From positions 2,666,001 through 2,730,000 of the forward strand of contig ML978123.1 in assembly GCA_010015805.1 (NCBI GenBank): a DNA stretch of 64,000 bases, given 5' to 3'. Positions 1 through 15,335 of this stretch are shown piece after piece. Under the pieces are notes generated by a model. It was not told the origin of the DNA. It saw nothing but the letters and a program-made list of their open reading frames with translations, and did no database searches. Source of the stretch: Rhizodiscina lignyota. Lineage: Eukaryota. Each line of letters begins with the position of its first letter. Position 1 is the stretch's first letter. A program made the translations under genes and the position numbers.

Positions 1-387
1 AACTGCTCCTCCACTGGGGGTGTGCGCGGGTGTTGCTGTTACTTCTGCCGAGCTCGAACCCCTTCTCGGCGATGTGGGTGGCTGGCTCGGAAGATGCTTC
101 CAAGCTCAAATCACTTCGCAACAAACAATGCAGCTTGTGCAATAGTTGCATGTACTGAAATCAAATACAATTCCATCGCCTTACAGGCCGCAATAATTCT
201 CTGACATTCATGGATGCCTCAGTCTGCGATCAGCTATGCCTATCATTGCAGTCAAAGAACAAACAACCAAGAGATAGAAAAGGCATATGATAACGACACA
301 TCGATATATGTATCATGCATGTTGAAAAGCTCGCTAAAGTCTACAGGATATCCTACTTATTACATGAAACTGACCAAGCTCCAAACC

Positions 388-2386
388 TTAACTCCGGTTG
401 ACAGCATGCTTACTCATTTGCCGTATCCTATGTCCATAGAAGTAAAACACATACGGTACGGGTACCAAAAGCGCACTGATGGCCCCCAAAATCGTCAGAG
501 TCCAATGCACTCCCATATTCTCGTAGAACGGAATGCCCACGACCGTCATCCCGCCAGCAGCCCAGTACCGGATCAACGTCACGCTCGCGAGTGCAGAAGC
601 GCTGTACACCTCATACACATCGATGATGTACATGTACGAGCTGATGAATATGCACAAGACGCCATATCCGAAAAGCACAGAGGCCAGGAGCGGTGACCAG
701 ATAGAAATTGACGGGTAGCTCGTCCATCCCATCCAAAACAGTGACACCGGTATCGCGACTGCGCCGCCTAGCATCGCGAACCAAAGGCGGAATTCTGGTG
801 GCAGTTTGCTGCCACCTTCTTCTTCGATCTTGCGCAAGTCGCGCTTCGCCCATCTGTAAATGATTGGGACTGGTCCCATGGAGGCGACGAGTCCCACGCC
901 GATGCCGAGGAACAGGAGACCGGTGATACCGACCGAAGTGCCGTGGACGTCAGCAAAGATGTATTCGTAGCCGTCGAAGAATGTAAAGAGGACGATATAT
1001 ATGACCGTCAGATATAGCGCTACGAGCATTATAATCGGTTCGGTCGCGGTAAGGACAATTGGGCGATAGAGCGCTGTCCGGAGACGTGTGAGGAAAGTTT
1101 CGTCGCGGATCTCAACGGCTGCACGATATCTGTCATCCCCAGTGACTCGGCGCAGGTGGGCAGCGCGCCATTTGAGTAAGATCGGAGCATATGTTTCGGG
1201 TTGGAAGAGGAAGAGGAGGGCAAGAATAAGGCCAGCCATGAGGAGCGTGCTCCACTCAGTCCAACGCCAACTGACTACGTTGCTTTGCACAATGAAACCG
1301 CCCATGACCTTTTTGGGACGTCAGCTATGTTTACATCATCAAGAGGGAATGATTAGCTTACCGGTCCAACAACGGTCCCCTCAAATGCCATAGACGCAAA
1401 GAAGGGGAAAGCAATAATGCGTTGCATAGGCTTCCATAAGTCTGCAATACTGCCGCCTGCGCACACTAATGGAGTGCTGCCAAAAATGCCGGCGATGAAG
1501 CGGAAGGCGAGCTGAGCTCCAATGTTTGGTGCGAGTCCTGAAGCCATGATGAAGATAGAGAAGAGGAGCATTGTGACGATGTAAACTGGGTTGCGCCCGA
1601 CGGTCTCAGAAAATGGTCCTGCGAATAGTGCTCCAGCTCCGAAGCCAATGAGATAGATACCTGGTATCGTAAGTCAGTAAGGAGTGTTCGAATATATATT
1701 ACGGGGGCCCAAGCGGGCCACATACCTGTCGCCAGACTCTCCGTCACTTGGCTAACACCAAACTCAGCGGCAGCCTCGTGGACGGCGGTACTATCAATAC
1801 TGGCTGCAACGCTAACGACAAAGGCGACAGCTGCAACCATTATTGTTGCGAAGATTCTGATACCATAGCCCCAATTGTGTGGGTTCATAGGGTCGTCCGG
1901 TCCTTGATACCCTACAACGAACACCTGTTGGCTGACGCCAGGTAGCCCTTTACCCTCATGCGTCGTCCTCGAGCGTATGTCGATGCCAGTTAAAGAGTGT
2001 CCAAGCGTGGTACCCTGTCGAGATACATCTTGACGCGTGTTTGATTGAGTGATAGTGCGTAAAGGTGATATGTTGCTGATATTTGAAAGCTCCCGTCGCA
2101 GGTCTGATCGAATAGTCTGATTAGGTGCCAAGTGACCCTCTTGGACACCTTCAGGCAACTCCGGCACATCTTCTTTACGCTTTTTGCTCTCTACCGTGCC
2201 ATTGCTGGCAGATGTCGATGTAGAAGATGATGACAGCGAAGACTCGGAGGCTTCTCTTCGTAACTCGTTGTTATCCGTGACTGGTTCGACTGCCTGTTTC
2301 TCAGGGTCTGGGAAGTGGTGATGACTTCTGTTGTATTCATCATCGACAGCTTTGCCAAATCTACGAAATTGCAGGATAGACTGCAT
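388..2386 (-). CDS. MFS drug:H+ antiporter (DHA1 family), 3 exons
   Basis: ORFs 1466-2386, 1353-1571 and 388-1305 join across GT-AG introns at about 1661-1725 and 1309-1361. Motifs: DDPMNPHNW, SETVGRNPVY, RFIAGIFGS, GGSIADLW, PPEFRL. Confidence 0.93.
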
Positions 2387-5300
2387 CTTGTCCTTTCAAT
2401 TGTGACGGTACAGTATGTAACTAACACGAAAGCAAAAGACTGATCTAAAGCAAGATTGATGTGAATGATAAGAGAGCAACGATTGATTCAAGCCGGCGCA
2501 GATATACGCCTTCAATTGGGGCTCGTACAGTCACACGGAAAGCTTCACGATTTTGTCAGCGGTTTGCATAACCACCACTGCTGGTCGGATTTAAGGCTTG
2601 GCCACAAGGGCGTGTGTGATTTGACTTCGATGACGTTAAGGTGAATTTGCTCACAGAGATTGATGTGAAGGTCCAATTTTCCGGCCCACAACAATTGCGG
2701 CATGGGCTGGTCTGGTATCAACAATAGTTAGTCATCGTCTCGATATGCGCGGGAGATCTCCGAGGATAAGCCTGGCGAAGTTTAGGAATACAGGTACAGA
2801 TATGATACGGGTATTGCTTCTTCCTCTCTCGCAAGCTCTCGCAAGCTCCTGCACACTCATTGCAGTCACCTTGGATAACGAGCCAGATGCAAGAGACTTG
2901 CAGCTTGCTGTGTTGCATCCATACTCCAGTGCCATGACGGTTGCAGCGAGGCTTGCTGGCGGCATTGCGGCCTGCGTGATAAGAACAATTCAGGAGCCGA
3001 ACGAAAGGCACGTACAGTCTACATTAGGTAACTTAGTCAGTGTCCAAATTTCCATAAGGAGGCAAAGGCAGACCGGCCTTTGTCGTAATCAGTATTATTC
3101 CACCCTCAAGCGGTAAAAAGGGTTTGAAGATACGGAAACGCCATACGCCGAGTTCATTGGTGGACGGTCACCGTCTTCCCCCGCTCGAGGCCCGGGAATT
3201 AAAGTATCGCCGACCTCGAAGAGTAAGACTCAAACGTTCAAATGTTTTATTAGCCTCGCAAATTCTCACATTCGAGAAGGGCGGGTTTGAAATCCGTAAC
3301 CAGGTCGCCGAAACCCCGGGATTGGACAAGCAATTGGCGCCACTTGAACGTATGTATGTTTGACACTCACACGTGCCTTCAAGATCTCCACTATCTAGTT
3401 TCGCTAAGCTCGAAGAGGCTTTTTCTCCAACTGAACGAGTCCGCACTTAAACAGAATCTCAATATCGTCTCATGATTGGACAGGGATGGCATCTTTTAAT
3501 GGCAGATGCACTTAATCAGTCTTGACTTTGTACTCCCTATTCCTTTGCGCTCTATGCAGCGTGGATAATGGCTTGAACCTCCTCCTTTCTAGATGCATGC
3601 ATATCTTCTTTAAAGTGTGCGTCGCTGCTGGTTCAATAGAGCAGATTGTTACGGGCGTGTGCGCGTTCATGGCTAAGAGACGACACGTCGAGGTTGCGTG
3701 TCGCTACTGAAGGATATGAGGGAAAGACCAGGCGTCTCCACTCGCAAGAACCATAAAAGAGGCTTTGAACGATGTCGAATTGAGAAAGCCGGTTGTGACT
3801 TCCGCCCTAGGATCAAGTGTCGCGCTGAACGCGTTGAGCGTATTGAGCTCGGAGAAGATGGAGAAGGTATGGAAGCTGGCGATGGGCGGTGAAGCGGGAT
3901 CTGGCTAGATATACCTCAGGGCCAGGCTGTTAGTAAGGCCAACTGTGCTTCTCTATTCAGGGCCATGGAGGCGTGGCTGGCCTTTCTGCCACGCTCGAGT
4001 GTGCCACCACAGCTTAGAGGCGATTGTGACAGCAAGCTGGTCGTGGTTCTTAAGAACAAGCTGTCACAGCAATTGCAAAATGGCATATTGAAAATATAGC
4101 GGTTATAAGACAAGGAAATTGACGTCGGCTTTATGGTGTTCCTCGTCCTTTTGTTGCCGCCGCTCCAAGTTGACTAATGGCGTTGTGCGGCCGCCTCCTC
4201 GTCGCACCTCACAATAGGTTGCTCGATGTTTCTGCAGAGACATTAAAGCATTAATTTATGTCTTCAAGAGGGGTGACTCGAACTCTGGAGTATGTAAGAT
4301 GAGATCTTAAAGGCTTCGGTAATGGGGGTTTGATGGAAAGAAAGAGGGTTCAGGAAAGACAACTTCAAGAAGAATTATATCCTTAACGTTTCAACGCCTC
4401 TCGATTGATCATTTTCCAATAGCCATGATGAAGAAATCACAAGAGCATCGATTCGCAAAAGTGGTAACACCACTCAGGCAGAAGGCGATTCAATGTACAG
4501 TACAATTGGAGCGGAGAAGTGGTCATTTGCACTAGCGCCAAGCCATGCTGGAAATAAAGCGATAAACCCGGAGTAGTATTCCCGACCCACACTGTCGGTA
4601 CCAAACCTACACCCCGAGCCTACAAATGAATCAGAAGTACGCATATATATCGTTGGGCTTCCAGCCCCAAGAGTTTGCGGCTTTAGCTGTCTTTACTTTG
4701 AACGTCGATGCTCTTCGGATAAAACGGACGGGGATCGTATGTAAGAGCTCGGCATTCTTTCAATATGGGTGGGATCAGGCGTCCAAGGCTTATTAGAAAC
4801 GGTCTTGCTTGCGTTAATATGTCAATATCCTTCGTCGCCAGGCATTCCTAGTTTCATCGATCCTACGGGCTGGTCCACTCTGTCTGGAGGTCACCTTCTG
4901 CGTTCGAGTATCTCATCGACGTGACGCGATCCTATATGGCATCAGCTGCATTGGCGGCTCTTATGTGAACTTTCAGTTCCGAATGGCCTCACATTATCGT
5001 CTGCCCCAAGCGCCTAGAGATAGCACAACATGTTTTTATATCCACGTTACGATTTCTGCATTGAGATTTCCCTCGATAATCTCTGTCAAAGATTCTTCAT
5101 GTCCATTATGATGCTATCGATATCATTTCAAAATGTACCTTCATGTCTACGAAGTACCAGTTGAGGTACTCGTGGCCTAAGCATGTGCGCAGCAGATACA
5201 TTCTAAATATTCATGGAACCCCTCACTCGTAGTACTCTGGATTCGACTCGGCGGATGGAGAGAGCTTGTCATATAGGGCTGGAAGCTGTAGGGCTATTCA

Positions 5301-7695
5301 TGTCTTGCTGGCTGTCTCCTTACGTCTCCAGTGAGTCCACTGCTAATAGCTTTTGTAAGGGTTGAAAGTACTTACAATCTCACAGGAACAGTTATGATAA
5401 TTCGAGTACAGCCTTCGATAAACTCTACAGCAGCTACGAATAGACTCATACTAAGTCTTGGGATTTACTTGAAGCATCGTCGCCAATAGCAAAACACTAT
5501 CTCTTCATTCAGCAACATTCGAATATTTCAGAAACAACTCAAGTTCACGGAATACTGACCCTACCTAGACTCTACGTCAGCAACAGCAGGCTTTAATGAG
5601 TTCAAAAGAGCGGCGCTGGGTGCGCTAGAAGAGACGGGCATGATATCTCAGACGACTCGATCCAGCAGAGAGCTTAAGTTTCTGAGCCTACGAAGATACC
5701 ATAGCGTATCTCCTATCCACATCAGACCATGGGCGAGAGCAGCAGAGGCGATGTTCCTCTCGGCGCGGTTCTTGGCGTCGTGCAATGGGCCATATTAGCT
5801 GGCGCAATTTTAGCATTCAACACTATCGTCAGCCAGTCGGGAATGTGTCGATTTGCTCATGGCGGAGCAGCGGAACCGAACGTCGTCGCGATTCTTTCCA
5901 CGGCCACCATCGTCACTAATGGCTCGCAGATTAACAGTCCGTATTTTCTTGTCCTCACGGAGATCAAGCCGATGCTGAGACTCGCTATCCTTTGCTGGAA
6001 ACACATCAGGAGGCCGCAATATCGGAGCAGGCGAGGATGCAGCATAGCCGCCGCTGTTAGAGGAAGATCAACGATGAATACGATAGATGCTTCGGTACCG
6101 CCACTAGGAGACAGCGAAACCGTCAACGACGAGAGCACACGGCACTCAAGAGAAGAACAATATGGACATTGCTTGCTCGACTTGTCCGCTTGGCCGTGTT
6201 AGTGATACATACATGCTACCAGATACTTGTCGACGAACCACGAGCGATGAGGATATTGTTCTCTGATCTCACTGGAGTGGAGACAGCATAGACTCTGTCT
6301 CTGAGACCACCAGAGCATGAGACCATCGGTCAGGTGCCCGAAATCCAGTTTCGCCGCCTGTAGATTGAATCTCCGAAAAGTCGGCCTGCGGCTTTGCCAC
6401 TGTGGAGAGCCACAAAAGTCCAAGCGATGGATATCGCTATCGCTAACCCTAGCTGCAGGCACCACGGGATCTGGATGCGGCTATCCTTAGCGACTGACTC
6501 TCGTTGAGCCCCATTGCAAATCACCAACCACCTCCTGCAGTGCTGTAGCCTCCATTAGTTCTGGCCAAGGCCAATCTACGCGCAGGTACGTTCTAGATCT
6601 CATTTTGCAGTTTTTGATAGCTTGGGCACATTTTTCGCTCTATCGTATTCAATCCGCCTTTGGATTTGAAGAGATGATCGGGGTACGCGGCGAAGGAATC
6701 GGCGTGGAGAGGATTCTCATGTCAGAGTGGAGGTATTGTGACACCATCCCCGGATTGTTACCTCTTCGGCTTCCCCATGACCCATGGGGTAATCCTTGGA
6801 GATAACACCGTCGGGGAGATGAGGAAGCCAGTCAAGCCAGTGTGGGTACCTGCATTCGAAGGGGATAGGATGGGCGACTTATTGAGCAATGGGTTGCATG
6901 TTGGGCAGCGTTAGGAACCGCGCGGAAGACTTGGAATCGGGAGCATTCTCTTGGTCTTAATATGGACTTCGTCATCAACGCAATTCATACCAAACACTGC
7001 CAGAATGGAAGCAGTCAATCGGTTTGATTTGTTTGTTGAGGTTGTCTGTATCGCACGAATGACCACGTGTCTCGGACGTTTCGGACTTGGCGAGCATTTG
7101 GACGGAGCGTAAGTCCCCGCCCCACGCTAAAGAGTCAGTTGACTGAAGGCTTTCGGTACTGCACTTCCAATTAAAGTAAGAGAGGTACAGAGGTACCTCC
7201 AGGAAAACGCTCCGTTCGCATACCCAGCACTGCCAATAGGACATCGCCCCGTTCCACTGGAACTGTGCTTCCCCGCTGCGTTGGGTCTCCCCACGGGGAA
7301 GCACCCAACCCCATTGGCTTATTGACCAGGCGAGCGCTTCTCATAACGCCATTCGGCCCATTCAAGCTTCCCAAGCGTATACCTGTTTGGCCGGCGCGGA
7401 AGGAACTGTACCGCGATTACGCAGAACCCACAATATGGAGACATGGATGAATACAGCCGTTCAATATGGTCGGCAAATCGACACATGTTCACAATCCAGA
7501 CCATGCAGAATCATGCAGACACCCTCATGACAAGCCTGATCGGTTAACCCTTTCGTTTCTCTAGTTTCGTGGCGTTTCAGGCCTGGCTGTTTCCCCGCGC
7601 ATACATATAGTCTATGTCCGTTCCCGTCAGCAGGGTAGCTGTCAAGACTTGAGAATTCTGAATACCCATAGACCTTTTCACTTATTTCCTTCAAA

Positions 7696-9537
7696 ATGGC
7701 AAAAGACATCGAAGATGGCCGCCACAGCGTCCAGGAGAAGACGATAATCACGGAGGTCCCTGGAGACAAGGAGCATGTCGAACTGGCGGCGACCACGGTC
7801 GAAATTCCTGACTATACCCCAGCAGAGGTTCGACGCATTCTATGGAAGCTCGACTTGAGACTGTTGCCCATGTTGGCGTTTTTCTACCTGCTTGCTTTCC
7901 TTGATCGTGGAAATAGTGAGTACTGTATTCCTGTTTACGAGATGGAAACGCTGACAAAATGTAGTTGGTAATGCAAAGGTCGCTGGAATGCAGACGTCTC
8001 TTGGTCTTACGGGAAGCCAATACAACGTTGCTTTGACGGTCTTCTTCATTCCCTACTCTCTTCTTGAGGTCCCCTGCAATGTCGTCGCAAAAATCCTTAA
8101 GCCTCACATTTGGCTCTCTATCATGATGTTCTTCTGGGGAATTTGCATGTAAGTCCTTGTTTGGCTTCCATAATACGCAAGTCACTGATTACGAATCAAT
8201 TCTAGGACCCTTATGGGTGTCGTTCACGGCTACGGAGGCCTCATTGCTGCTAGATGGTTCCTTGGTGTCTGCGAGGTTTGTTGCACGTGAACCTCTGTCT
8301 TGAGCTGAAATCTGACTTCAAAGCCAGGCTGGATTCTTCCCCGCTGCTGCATTCCTTTTGACGCTCTTTTACTGCCGTTATGAAGTCTTGCGCCGCTTGG
8401 CTGTCTTCTACTCGTGTGCGTCCTTGTCTGGTGCCTTCTCCGGTCTACTTGCGTTCGGACTTGAGAAGATGGACGGCGTTGGCGGCTTGGCTGGCTGGCG
8501 CTGGTATGACTCTGGCAGTATTCTTGTTGTGCCACGAAGCTGACTTTGCTTTAGGATCTTCATCATTGAGGGCTTCCTCCCAATCATCACATCCGTTTTC
8601 GCCTTCTTCATCGTGCCAGATAGCCCAGAGACCTGCAAGGGCTTGACGCAAGAGGAGCGTAATTTCGTCGTCCACCGCCTGCAAATGGAGACTGGATCCG
8701 GAATGGGCCAAGTCACCAACAACGACAAGATGACCTTCGGCATGGTATTGGCTGCCCTGAAAGAATGGCGTACCTGGGCCGCCGTCGTCATGTTCTGGGG
8801 CTGCGCCACTGCTGTTTATGCGTATGATTCTCATCCCCTCATTTTTTGCACTTAGGAACTAATCGGACGCAGCTTCACCTTCACGATCCCTGTTGTCATT
8901 CTTGAGCTTGGCTACACCGCAGCCAACGCCCAGCTTATGACTATTCCGGTCTATGTCGTAGCCATGTTGTTTGTCATCTTCTGGGCCTATGTATCCGATC
9001 ACTTCAAGGTCCGATCGACTTTTATCGTCATTGGCTTCATGTTTGCAGTCTGCGGTTTAATCGCCCTTCTTTGCATTCCGCATCCAAAGATGCCCGGCGT
9101 CACCTACTTCTTCTTGTTCCCTACTGCAATGGGAATTTATTGCCCGCAGCAGCTTATTGTCTCCTGGACCGGTAAGTCTTGTTCTCTGATCCAAGTTAAC
9201 AGTCAAATGACTAACATCTTTTCTAGCAAACAACTCAGCTCCATCTAGCAAGCGTGCTATTGCCATGGCTCTGCTGCTTTCGATCGGTAATCTGTCAGGT
9301 GTTTTGGGATCCAACATTTTCATTCAGAACGAGGCTCCTCGCTACTGGGCTGGATACGGCACCTGTCTCGGACTGGTTGTAGCTGCCCAAATCATGGCTC
9401 TTGTTCTGAGGAGATCTTATGCAAAGATCAACGCGGAGAGGGATCTGATGTCTGAGGAAGAGATTCGCGCCAAGTATACCGACCTCGAGCTCATTCAGAT
9501 GGGAGACAGGTCCCCATTCTTCCGATATACTTTGTAA
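7696..9537 (+). CDS. MFS anion:cation symporter family permease (Tna1/Dal5-like), about 7 exons
   Basis: KLDLRLLP..FLDRGN(I)GNA, EVPCN, GLAGWRW(I)FIIEG and the C-terminal GDRSPFFRYTL are typical of this family. About six short introns. Confidence 0.92.
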
Positions 9538-10035
9538 GATGGCTTCTCGCCCAGGGACAGAGTTGCTTTCCTCTCACTTCTGATGATGGCTGCAAAAGCA
9601 CTCTCTGCTTCGTACTTAGTGTGTCCAGATTCACTACGAAATTGAACATACAAAAGTGCTGCGAATCAAATGCAGAGTTTTTCATAATGATTTCTAAGGT
9701 GATCCAAATGCTGTGACTGTACGGAGTATACAAAAGTCGACATGAGGTGATTGCGTGACCCTGATCCCCATACCCCCGTGGAGGTCGGAAGTTGGCAAGG
9801 GACAAAGCCGAGGCGTCCAAGCGCCACGACATCAGCTTAAGACCATCAATAAGCCTTATCACCTGCGCCCCAGGCGACAGCACAAGCTGTCAAGTGACTT
9901 TCATCATTTCCATCATCATGGGTCTTTGAAGGTATCCATTGGTTTAACTTATATCTTCTCCCACTTCCCGTAACTCACAACTCTATCTACTCCCCGTATG
10001 TACAGTAGCCGATAGCAATCACCCAGCCACCCATC

Positions 10036-11555
10036 ATGGCAGTCCGCGCTATGATTCCGTTTCTCGTGGGCATGATGCTCCTCACGGGCGTCTGCAACAC
10101 GCTTCTGACGAAGTACCAAGTATGTTCAGCGTCGACCTGATTCTACAGCACCCCCGATACAAATCAACGTGTCACGCGGGCTAACTCATGACATTCAAGG
10201 ACATGCAATGCATTCGCAACTGCGACTCCGACGACCCAAAGAAGCGTGCCCACTTCGAACAACCCGTCATCCAGACCCTGCAAATGTTTATCGGCGAGAT
10301 GGGCTGCTGGCTCGTCATCGGTGCAGCGGAGCTGTACAAACAATGGCAGAAGAGGCGGAGAGGTGCTGGATATGAGCCGGTTGCTGAAGACGGGCCTTCT
10401 GCGTCCGATGCGCTGATCAACAGTGTGGAGAATGGCATCCGTGCGGATGAGGAGAGGGACGAGGACGAGGACGAGGAGGACACGCTCGCCGGGTCCAGCT
10501 CGCCGAATCCGATCACGAAGACGCTCACCGCGAGGGATGAGGAAGGCCGGCTGCATATGACGGGGTGGCAGGTGGTGCTCTTAGCGCTTCCCGCGTGCTG
10601 CGATATTGCAGGGACAACGCTGATGAACGTGGGGCTGCTGTTCGTGGCAGCGAGCATCTATCAGATGACAAGAGGTGCTCTAGTACTGTTCGTGGGCGTA
10701 TTCAGCGTCTGGTTCTTGAAGCGCACGTTGGGCATATGGAAATGGATCTCGCTCGTGATCGTGGTGCTGGGTGTGGCGCTTGTGGGTCTCGCTGGCGCGA
10801 TCTCAAGGGACGACAAAGCGAGGCCGCAGTCAATCGCAGACGGGACAGAGACGGGCCAGATAGCCCACCTGGAAATGATGAATCTCAGTGTGAGGGCAGC
10901 ACTTGACATGGTAGTAGACAATTCGACCGTTGCGGTACAGACGGTCGTCGGAGTTCTGCTCATCGCTTTGGCACAAATCTTCACAGCCTCCCAGTTTGTG
11001 CTTGAGGAGAGTATCATGGAACGGTATTCGCTCGAGCCATTGAAGGCTGTGGGCTGGGAAGGCATCTGGGGCTTCCTTGTCACCCTTATTGGAATGATCA
11101 TCCTTCATTTTGCGTATGGGAGAACGGACGCTGGTCGCTATGGATACTTCGATGCGAGAGAAGGGCTTTGGGAGATCACTCACTATCGGTCTATTGCGGT
11201 GAGCAGTATACTGATCATGATCAGTATTGGGTAAGTTATCAGACGGTATTCTGGGATAGTCTGGGACTAACAAAACCTCAGCGGATTCAACTTCTTCGGC
11301 CTTTCTGTCACACGCACTGTTTCCGCTACTTCGCGCAGCACCATTGACACCTGCCGTACGCTCTTCATCTGGGTTGTCTCTCTCGGACTGGGATGGGAGA
11401 CGTTTAAGTGGCTGCAAGTTGTCGGTTTCGCTCTCCTGGTCTACGGCACGTTTTTGTTTAACGACATTGTGGCGCCGCCGCTCCAGTCGTGTCTGGGACG
11501 TAATAAGAGGACCAGCGAAGAGTTGCTCCCCGAGACGCTTGGCGAGCACAATTGA
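10036..11555 (+). CDS. Nucleotide-sugar transporter-like DMT superfamily protein (SLC35F6-like)
   Basis: ATG 10036; introns at about 10120-10199 and 11231-11281. Motifs: FEQPVIQTLQMFIGEMGC, LPACCDIAGTTL, ASIYQMTRGA, SATSRSTIDTCRT. Confidence 0.9.
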
Positions 11556-14500
11556 AGCAGGCGCCTAGGTATTGGTTGTTAGGGTTTACTCCGTCCTGTA
11601 TTTCGCATTACTGGTAAGGCGACGGCGTTACATACACATGAGCTTTGAAGCTCTTGTAGGTCTGCAATAGATGGAATAGTCATATATTCCTTGCGCACAG
11701 CGCGTCTCGTAATCGGCGTTGACCCCTACTTCATCATTTCATCACGTCCGAGAGCTGAAGGCGCTCGGACAGCTCGCACTGATGAGCATGTTTTGCAGCT
11801 AATATCCGGCGCCGTGTGTTTTGCGTCGAACCCATGGCATAGCTTATCTCACAGCAGGCACCTTGTAATTGACCAGAGCCCCTGCAAGAGCAAGTCGATA
11901 GATTCCAGCCGTTGCGATTTCGACTTGAGCCCACTCTAACAAAACGACCCCTAAGTCTTCCAGCCGCTGTCTTCATGTGCCAGATGTACGCAAGCACCTC
12001 AGCTCACATGACTAGTCTAGAGAATTCAGAGCCCATTACCTTCTATTACTCGTGCCCTTCAGGATGGAGCTGGTTTCGAGCTGCGCTGTACATGACAGTG
12101 AGTTTCTCCACAGGCTCCAGCATAATGGAATCTCCGTTCTCCTGACTGGGGACTTCGATCGGAACAAGGCGAACAGGCTTCTTGCTTGTGGCCCAAGGCT
12201 CGCATGACGTAAGTTGTGAATACTATTCAAGAGGCAAAGCGTCCAGACTATTGAATGCAGGCAACATTGAACTCATCGCAATAAAAGGCGTGGGACAGCA
12301 AGAGCCTCTCTCCTCTTCGCGCCTTCCGCGGCGGCGACGATGGTGGCAAACCTTAAGCCAACGTCAACAATTTCATTTAACCGATCCACTTGCGTACGCC
12401 TCCAGGGAACGTCCCAGATTTCTGTTCTTCGGGCCAATCCGAATACCTAACTGCCATCTTCCAGTGTTTAGGCTCTTCCCCGGCCTTGCAACTAGCCGCG
12501 GCATGCACGTAAGCCGTTTGAGGCTAAGGTAAAAGATCGCTCCCTGTCATCGCACAACGGGGCCTGCATATGGATTGGGGTTGCTCCGGGGTATTGTATG
12601 ATGTTCGTGGTCGACGGCCATCAGGCCATCATGTCATGTCCGTCTGCTCAGTCTTGAGACACTTACCCCCACACTCTCGCGCACGTCTTTGTCTACAGCC
12701 CACCTCCGTGATCGGATGACTCACGGAGGAGCTACTGCATGAGTACGTGAGCAGATGCAGCGGCTGCAATAATGACTCCAACTGGCATATTCTGAAACAA
12801 TGCCCTTTTTGGCCAACCGCAAGAATCGATACCCGACGGTGCAGCGGCGATCAAGATCAAGAAGTTGGAAGGCCTCCACAAAGAGACGAACAAAATAGTC
12901 AGCAGACCAAAAGCTCAAACTTGGTCATTGAGCATTGAAGCCATTGATCGCTCGGCTCGCGTCGGCAACTGCACATTTCTCTTACCGCCAGGAACACCCG
13001 TCGACAAGTAGGGCGAAGCGTCCCTGTCGAGCTGAGCACGCTCTGGAAAGAGCAGAGATCTTGCACGTCACCTGCAGGTCACCGAGTCGGCCATCTCGCT
13101 GCCGGCCATTTCCTTGGAAGAAGGTTGCACTCGCCACAGCAGGCACGTCGGGCAGCAGTTTTTGCGGATGGGACGACGTCCGCAGCGTGGCGGAGTGGTT
13201 GCAGATGGGACGCATGCCGCTATCGGCCAGAGGTGCCGGGCACAGCGAGAATCTCTGCGTTTCCTGCAAGGGAAAAGCAGCCGGGAAGCAGCCGAATCTT
13301 GACAGGGCGCCTTTCCCTTTTCTTGCGCTTACAGACGCTGCTTTTGAAACGGGCCCAAGGGCAGGTTTCTCTCCTTCCGGCGCTGCGGGACGAAAATGAT
13401 CGCTGGAAATCTGGGGCAGGGAATCATGGCCAGGGATGTCATACCGCGATAAATTCGCTCTTAAAGTCTTTCGCCAAACGCTAGCAAGGGGCCGTGGCCT
13501 ATGCTCGCACACAAACCTCTACGAGATCGCAGTTAATAGTAGCGAGTTTATGACGGTATCATGCGAGAGCACACTGCAGCGCACCACGGCGCAAAATTGC
13601 TTGATGAGCGAATATCGGAGACGTGTAAAAATAAAAAGGCAAGTATGGCAGACCACAGAGAGTATAGAGAATTCTGCTGCCTGCCGTTTGCTGCGACAGG
13701 CTGATGAGGATTCAACAATGCGGTGAGGTTGGATCATTCGGTTTCCTCGCTACGACTCCTACTGCATCCTCCGCTGCATGGTGAAGGAGAGTGAAGTCAC
13801 CAGCCATAAGACTTACACTTGCTTAGCCACAGCTGCTCTTGCCCTTACTATGAGAGGCAACGGTCGCTCGGTCAGACCGACTGAGGCGGCGAGTGAGAGG
13901 CCGGCAGATGGTCTCGAGTGCACAGCCTCATGTGCTCTGCAGACGACATGCACGAGGCCATCATACGCTTCGTCATTGCCCAGGAAGTTGGTGTTGAACG
14001 ACAGCATTGACGCCTCCTTCAGCGAAATTTCCACATGCCTGGAGATCATGCGATGGTTTTAGCAGGCGCCCGGCGATGATTCTTGTAACTGCAACTCTTT
14101 CTAGTGAGCTGCCATATCGGCTGGGCATTATGCCCAAGGATCCGGGATGCTGAGGCGCGATCCCTGCCGCGCAGTGCGATTGGCGACGGGTTTCGCAGGC
14201 TAAAAATATGGGCTGTGCGCTCACGACCACTCGTCCTTGTTTTGCACAAGTCTCGCTGCGCGTGTCTGTCTCTTCACCAGCGTCCACGAGACCTCATTGC
14301 TCGCACACCGCCCGCCTACTCGGCAGTCCAGGAATGCCCTGAGATGAGCGTTCGGCCCGCGCTTGCCAGTTCTGGAGGCAACGCCGCGCTTGTCGATGCG
14401 GCCTCATGCGCGAGTATGGGGATGCTTCGATGGCTTCTGGAAGGCGAGCTGCGAGAGATTGGCGACCTGCCAGGGCAGCATGCCTCTGCATTTGTTTGAT

Positions 14501-15335
14501 GATGGGCAGCATGTTTCAAGCAGCTCGACCGCCGGCAGCAGCACAGTGGCACTGCATGGCGAGGTGCTGGAGCGATGCTGCCATGCGCTCGATGCGGATC
14601 GAGCACGGCATGAGCAAGCTGCAGCGCACCCAGACCATAAGAGCGGGAGGTTGCGCAATACATGTGTGATGGCAGCGCAACTATTATTATTGAATCCCTC
14701 TGCACACTTACAGTAAGCGCGGACATCGCATTTCCTATCTTCGCCGTCGCCATCCGGGCAGGGAGGGTGTTCATCGACCCCAATCTCGCGCTGCACCCTG
14801 AGAACCAACAGCTCGACCATTCGCGGCGACGCGCCGGCTACAAGAGGGAGTTCAGCTTCGCAGCGTGGTCGACGTGCATAAGGGCACAGGGCCTGTCTGC
14901 GTAGGGGAGTGCTTTTCGCTGCACGCACGCTCTAGCAGCAGCAGCTGGGGCTGGGTACGCAGTTCCCGGCTAGGCCTGCTGCGCATCCGCTCGCTGTGGG
15001 TCGCCCCAGTGGCCACCACTCTCGCTCCCCTCCACTCACGCTCGCTCGCGCAGGCCGCTCGATTATAAGACACTTCCCAACCCGTCTTCAGCCTCTGCTT
15101 ATCCCTCACCCTCCTCACACCTCGACACCACCCTCTTCCGCCTTTCTATTCGTCCTTCTCTTTTGTCCCTTTCACCAAATTCGGCGTGCACACTAATTCC
15201 CTCGTTGGGACCGCCAAACAATCCAGACCGCCCGTCACATCTCGTTAATCTTTTTGTTGCTGTCACAAGAACGACCAGTCCCTACGAATCGTCATTCTTC
15301 TCTTCGCGCTCTTCTCTCTCACACACTTTGTCGCA

